A stretch of DNA of 42,184 nt from Gemmatimonadaceae bacterium (GTDB lineage: Bacteria; Gemmatimonadota; Gemmatimonadetes; Gemmatimonadales; Gemmatimonadaceae). The stretch is taken from positions 1 to 42,184 of the forward strand of contig JANRJP010000146.1 of assembly GCA_033763905.1 (NCBI GenBank), in the 5' to 3' direction. The notes beneath the pieces are model-generated. The model saw nothing but the letters and a program-made list of their open reading frames with translations, made no database searches and was not told where the DNA came from. The position numbers and the translations under genes were made by a program. Positions 39,876 to 42,184 of this stretch are shown here, one piece after another. Numbering within the stretch: position 1 is the stretch's first letter; the number at the start of each line of letters is the position of its first letter.

Positions 39876-40370
39876 ATGAGATTCCTTTCGTCGCTTCGGC
39901 CCGCCGTCGCCTGCGCCACGGCTGCCGCATTCAGCGCGGCCTGCTTCGACTATGTGGCGATGCCCGACACCGCCCCAGCGCCTGCGTCGGCGCGTGCCGC
40001 GGCACCGTCCAAGCCGCCGTCGGTGCGCATTGCGCTCACGCCCGCCGGTTCCGAGAAGGTGCGCGATGCGCTCGGGCCCTTCATCGTGACGATCGAAGGT
40101 GCCTTGCAGGGCACCTGGCCGAGCGATTCCGTGCCGGTCCAGGTGTTCACCAGTTTCCATCAGACCGGCTACCGCGCGGCCGTCCCCGGCCAGACCCTGA
40201 TGCTGCGACGCGATGAAATCAAGACCATCGAGCGCAAGCAACTCAACGTGCTGCGCACGACGATGGCAGGCGTACTCATTGGCGGCGCGATGATCGCCGT
40301 GCCGGCTGCGGTGCAGGCCACCGGCGGCGGCAACATCAACAACGGCGGCGGCGGGACGACACAGCCCTGA
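39876..40370 (+). CDS. Hypothetical lipoprotein with C-terminal hydrophobic helix and Gly-rich tail
   Basis: MRFLSSLRPAVACATAAAFSAAC lipobox; fills the gap between two hairpins; no recognisable family motif. Confidence 0.7.
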   Translation: MRFLSSLRPAVACATAAAFSAACFDYVAMPDTAPAPASARAAAPSKPPSVRIALTPAGSEKVRDALGPFIVTIEGALQGTWPSDSVPVQVFTSFHQTGYRAAVPGQTLMLRRDEIKTIERKQLNVLRTTMAGVLIGGAMIAVPAAVQATGGGNINNGGGGTTQP

Positions 40371-40392
40371 GGACCCGGGGGCGCTACGACGA

Positions 40393-40428
40393 ACACGGGG
40401 GTGGCGCGATCTCGCGCCACCCCCGTGT
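40393..40428. terminator. 16-bp stem-loop between convergent genes
   Basis: ACACGGGGGTGGCGCG-ATCT-CGCGCCACCCCCGTGT. Confidence 0.7.
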
Positions 40429-40449
40429 CGTTCCCGCAGCAGGCGGGCC

Positions 40450-42000
40450 CTACTCGCCCACGCGCAAGTTGACGATGCGGGTGATCTGCTGCCCGCGGCC
40501 GTCGATGGCCACGACGTTGAGCGAGATGTACTCGCCGCCCTTCACGCGGGCGAGCGCCTTGGTCAAATCCGACGCGTTGCGCACGTTCGACTTCGACGGG
40601 TAGACCACTTCGAAGATGATGTCGTTCGGGAACAGACGCTCGCGCGACGGCCCCGCCGGCGACACGTCGGTGACCCGCACGCCACGCTTGTCGGGGCTCA
40701 GCTTCGCCTGTTCCGCCAGTTCCGTCGGCACCGCTTCCACGGTGATGCCGAGCTTCTCGGCGGAGGTGCCTTCGCCCTCGTCGCGGTCCACCGCCTCGGC
40801 GCGCGCGACCTGGGCTTCGCTCGGCGCTTCGGCCAGCTTCACCTTGAAGGTCTTCCGCGTGCCGTAGCGCATCACGTCGAGCTCCACGACGTCACCGGGC
40901 TCGTGCGAGCGAATCACGCGCTGCAGCGCCGAGACGCGGTCGGTCTCCTTGCCGTCGGCGCGAATGATGACGTCGTTCGGCTCGAGGCCCGCCGCCTTGG
41001 CGGGGGACTCGTCGCTCGTGAACGCGCCCACCTTCACGCCGCGAATTTCCTTGATGCCGGCGACCGCCGCGTCTTCCGGCGTGACTTCGGTGATGCTCAC
41101 GCCGATGATTGCGCGGCGCACGCGGCCGTGCTTGATGATGTCCTCCATCACGTCGCGCGCGAGCGTGATCGGAATCGCGAAGCCGTAGCCGGAGTAGAAC
41201 CCCGTCTGCGACGCAATCGCCGAGTTCACGCCGATGACTTCGCCCTTCACGTTGACCAGCGGCCCGCCCGAGTTGCCGGGGTTGATCGCCGCGTCGGTCT
41301 GAATGAAGTCCTGGATCGCGTACTGGTTGCTGTTGAGGCCGCGCAGTTCGTTCGAACGACCCTTGGCGCTCACGATGCCCGCGGTCACGGTGAAGTCGAG
41401 GCCCAGCGGATTGCCCACGGCCACCACCCACTCGCCGACCTTGAGGCTGGCGTCGTTGCCGAACGGCACGGTCGGCAGGTCGGGGCCCTCGATCTTGATC
41501 ACGGCGACGTCCGTCTGCGGATCGCGGCCGATGATCTTGGCGCGGAACTGCCGACGATCGGGCAGCGTCACCTGCAAGCGATCCGCGCCTTCGACGACGT
41601 GGTTGTTGGTGAGGATGTAGCCATCCTTGGTCACGATGAAGCCGGTGCCGCCGGATTCCCGCGGCTGGTTGCGCGGCTGCTCGAACTGCTGGAAGAACTC
41701 CTCGAGTCCCGGCGGCACGTTCTGCCCGCGCGGCCGGGCGCGCGTCTCGGTGCGGCGGCGCGGGTCGCGCTCCGCGAGAATCGACACGACGGCGGGCGTG
41801 ACTTTCTCGGCGACCGACACGAAGCCGGTGCCCAGATCGCCCGGCGCGGCGGCGGTTTCCTTGGTCGACGACGTGCGCAGCACGCGCGCGGACTGCGCGA
41901 AGGACGGAGCCGTGAGGTCCAATGCCGAGGCGAACACGACACCGCCCACGAAGGCGGCGGCGGTCACGGAGAGAATGCCGATCTTGCGAACGGTGCTCAT
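40450..42000 (-). CDS. Do/DegP/HtrA family serine protease with two PDZ domains
   Basis: TNNHV (His), TDVAVIK (Asp), QTDAAINPGNSGGPL (Ser), N-terminal signal/TM. Start set to ATG 42000 because a -10 TATAGT lies at 42025-42030. Confidence 0.95.
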   Translation of the reverse strand: MSTVRKIGILSVTAAAFVGGVVFASALDLTAPSFAQSARVLRTSSTKETAAAPGDLGTGFVSVAEKVTPAVVSILAERDPRRRTETRARPRGQNVPPGLEEFFQQFEQPRNQPRESGGTGFIVTKDGYILTNNHVVEGADRLQVTLPDRRQFRAKIIGRDPQTDVAVIKIEGPDLPTVPFGNDASLKVGEWVVAVGNPLGLDFTVTAGIVSAKGRSNELRGLNSNQYAIQDFIQTDAAINPGNSGGPLVNVKGEVIGVNSAIASQTGFYSGYGFAIPITLARDVMEDIIKHGRVRRAIIGVSITEVTPEDAAVAGIKEIRGVKVGAFTSDESPAKAAGLEPNDVIIRADGKETDRVSALQRVIRSHEPGDVVELDVMRYGTRKTFKVKLAEAPSEAQVARAEAVDRDEGEGTSAEKLGITVEAVPTELAEQAKLSPDKRGVRVTDVSPAGPSRERLFPNDIIFEVVYPSKSNVRNASDLTKALARVKGGEYISLNVVAIDGRGQQITRIVNLRVGE

Positions 42001-42098
42001 ACGGTGGGTTGAAAGGCTGTTCGTACTATACACACCACAGGTCCGACACGTTTCGGGCGCCGAGGGTTGCCCCGGCGCCCGATCGCGTCTTCCGGACT

Positions 42099-42128
42099 CC
42101 CGGTCCGGCTTGTTATCGCCGGACCGGG
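42099..42128. terminator. Stem-loop after the dnaK stop codon
   Basis: CCCGGTCCGGC-ttgttatc-GCCGGACCGGG; a second hairpin lies at 42053-42082. Confidence 0.6.
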
Positions 42129-42135
42129 GGGCGCC

Positions 42136-42184
42136 TTACTTCTTGTCGTCGACGATCTCGTAGTCGGCTTCGACCACGTTGTCG
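42136..42184 (-). CDS. dnaK: 3' end of chaperone DnaK (partial)
   Basis: Minus strand reads ...DNVVEADYEIVDDKK*, the typical acidic DnaK C-terminus (V-D/E-A-D/E-F/Y-E-x-V); only 15 codons are visible. Confidence 0.75.
   Translation of the reverse strand, partial: DNVVEADYEIVDDKK

Noticed and set aside
42001..42135. CIRCE/HrcA element near degP, dnaK or the clp genes
   Set aside because: No TTAGCACTC-N9-GAGTGCTAA-like sequence seen.

Overview
High-GC bacterial chromosomal segment, most consistent with Gemmatimonadota. This is an inference from the crtB-crtI-cruF carotenoid set, a SusC/SusD pair in GC-rich DNA and BIG2 Ig-repeat lipoproteins. Most of the window is housekeeping: mutM (partial), purD, an M48 peptidase, a cystathionine gamma-lyase/synthase, glmM-glmS-dtd-maf, trpE, engB-lon-clpX-clpP-tig, tRNA-Leu(TAG), a Do/DegP protease and the 3' tip of dnaK. 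Interleaved are four orphan signalling genes: a REC-HD-GYP protein with a GLP variant motif, an MCP, an FHA-GAF-adenylate cyclase, and a PilB/GspE-type ATPase fused to an intact C-terminal receiver domain and followed by a NUDIX gene. Also present are a Fur-boxed FecA-like TonB receptor, a carotenoid cluster, and a sortilin/VPS10-like beta-propeller + SusC + SusD + small lipoprotein locus with no recognisable CAZyme. The best candidates for undescribed biology are the ATPase-REC fusion, the enzyme-less SusC/D locus, an exact 23-bp-period tandem repeat across the engB stop codon, and signs of leaderless transcription. No CRISPR array, integrase or transposase was seen. All calls rest on motif recognition by eye; no database search was run.
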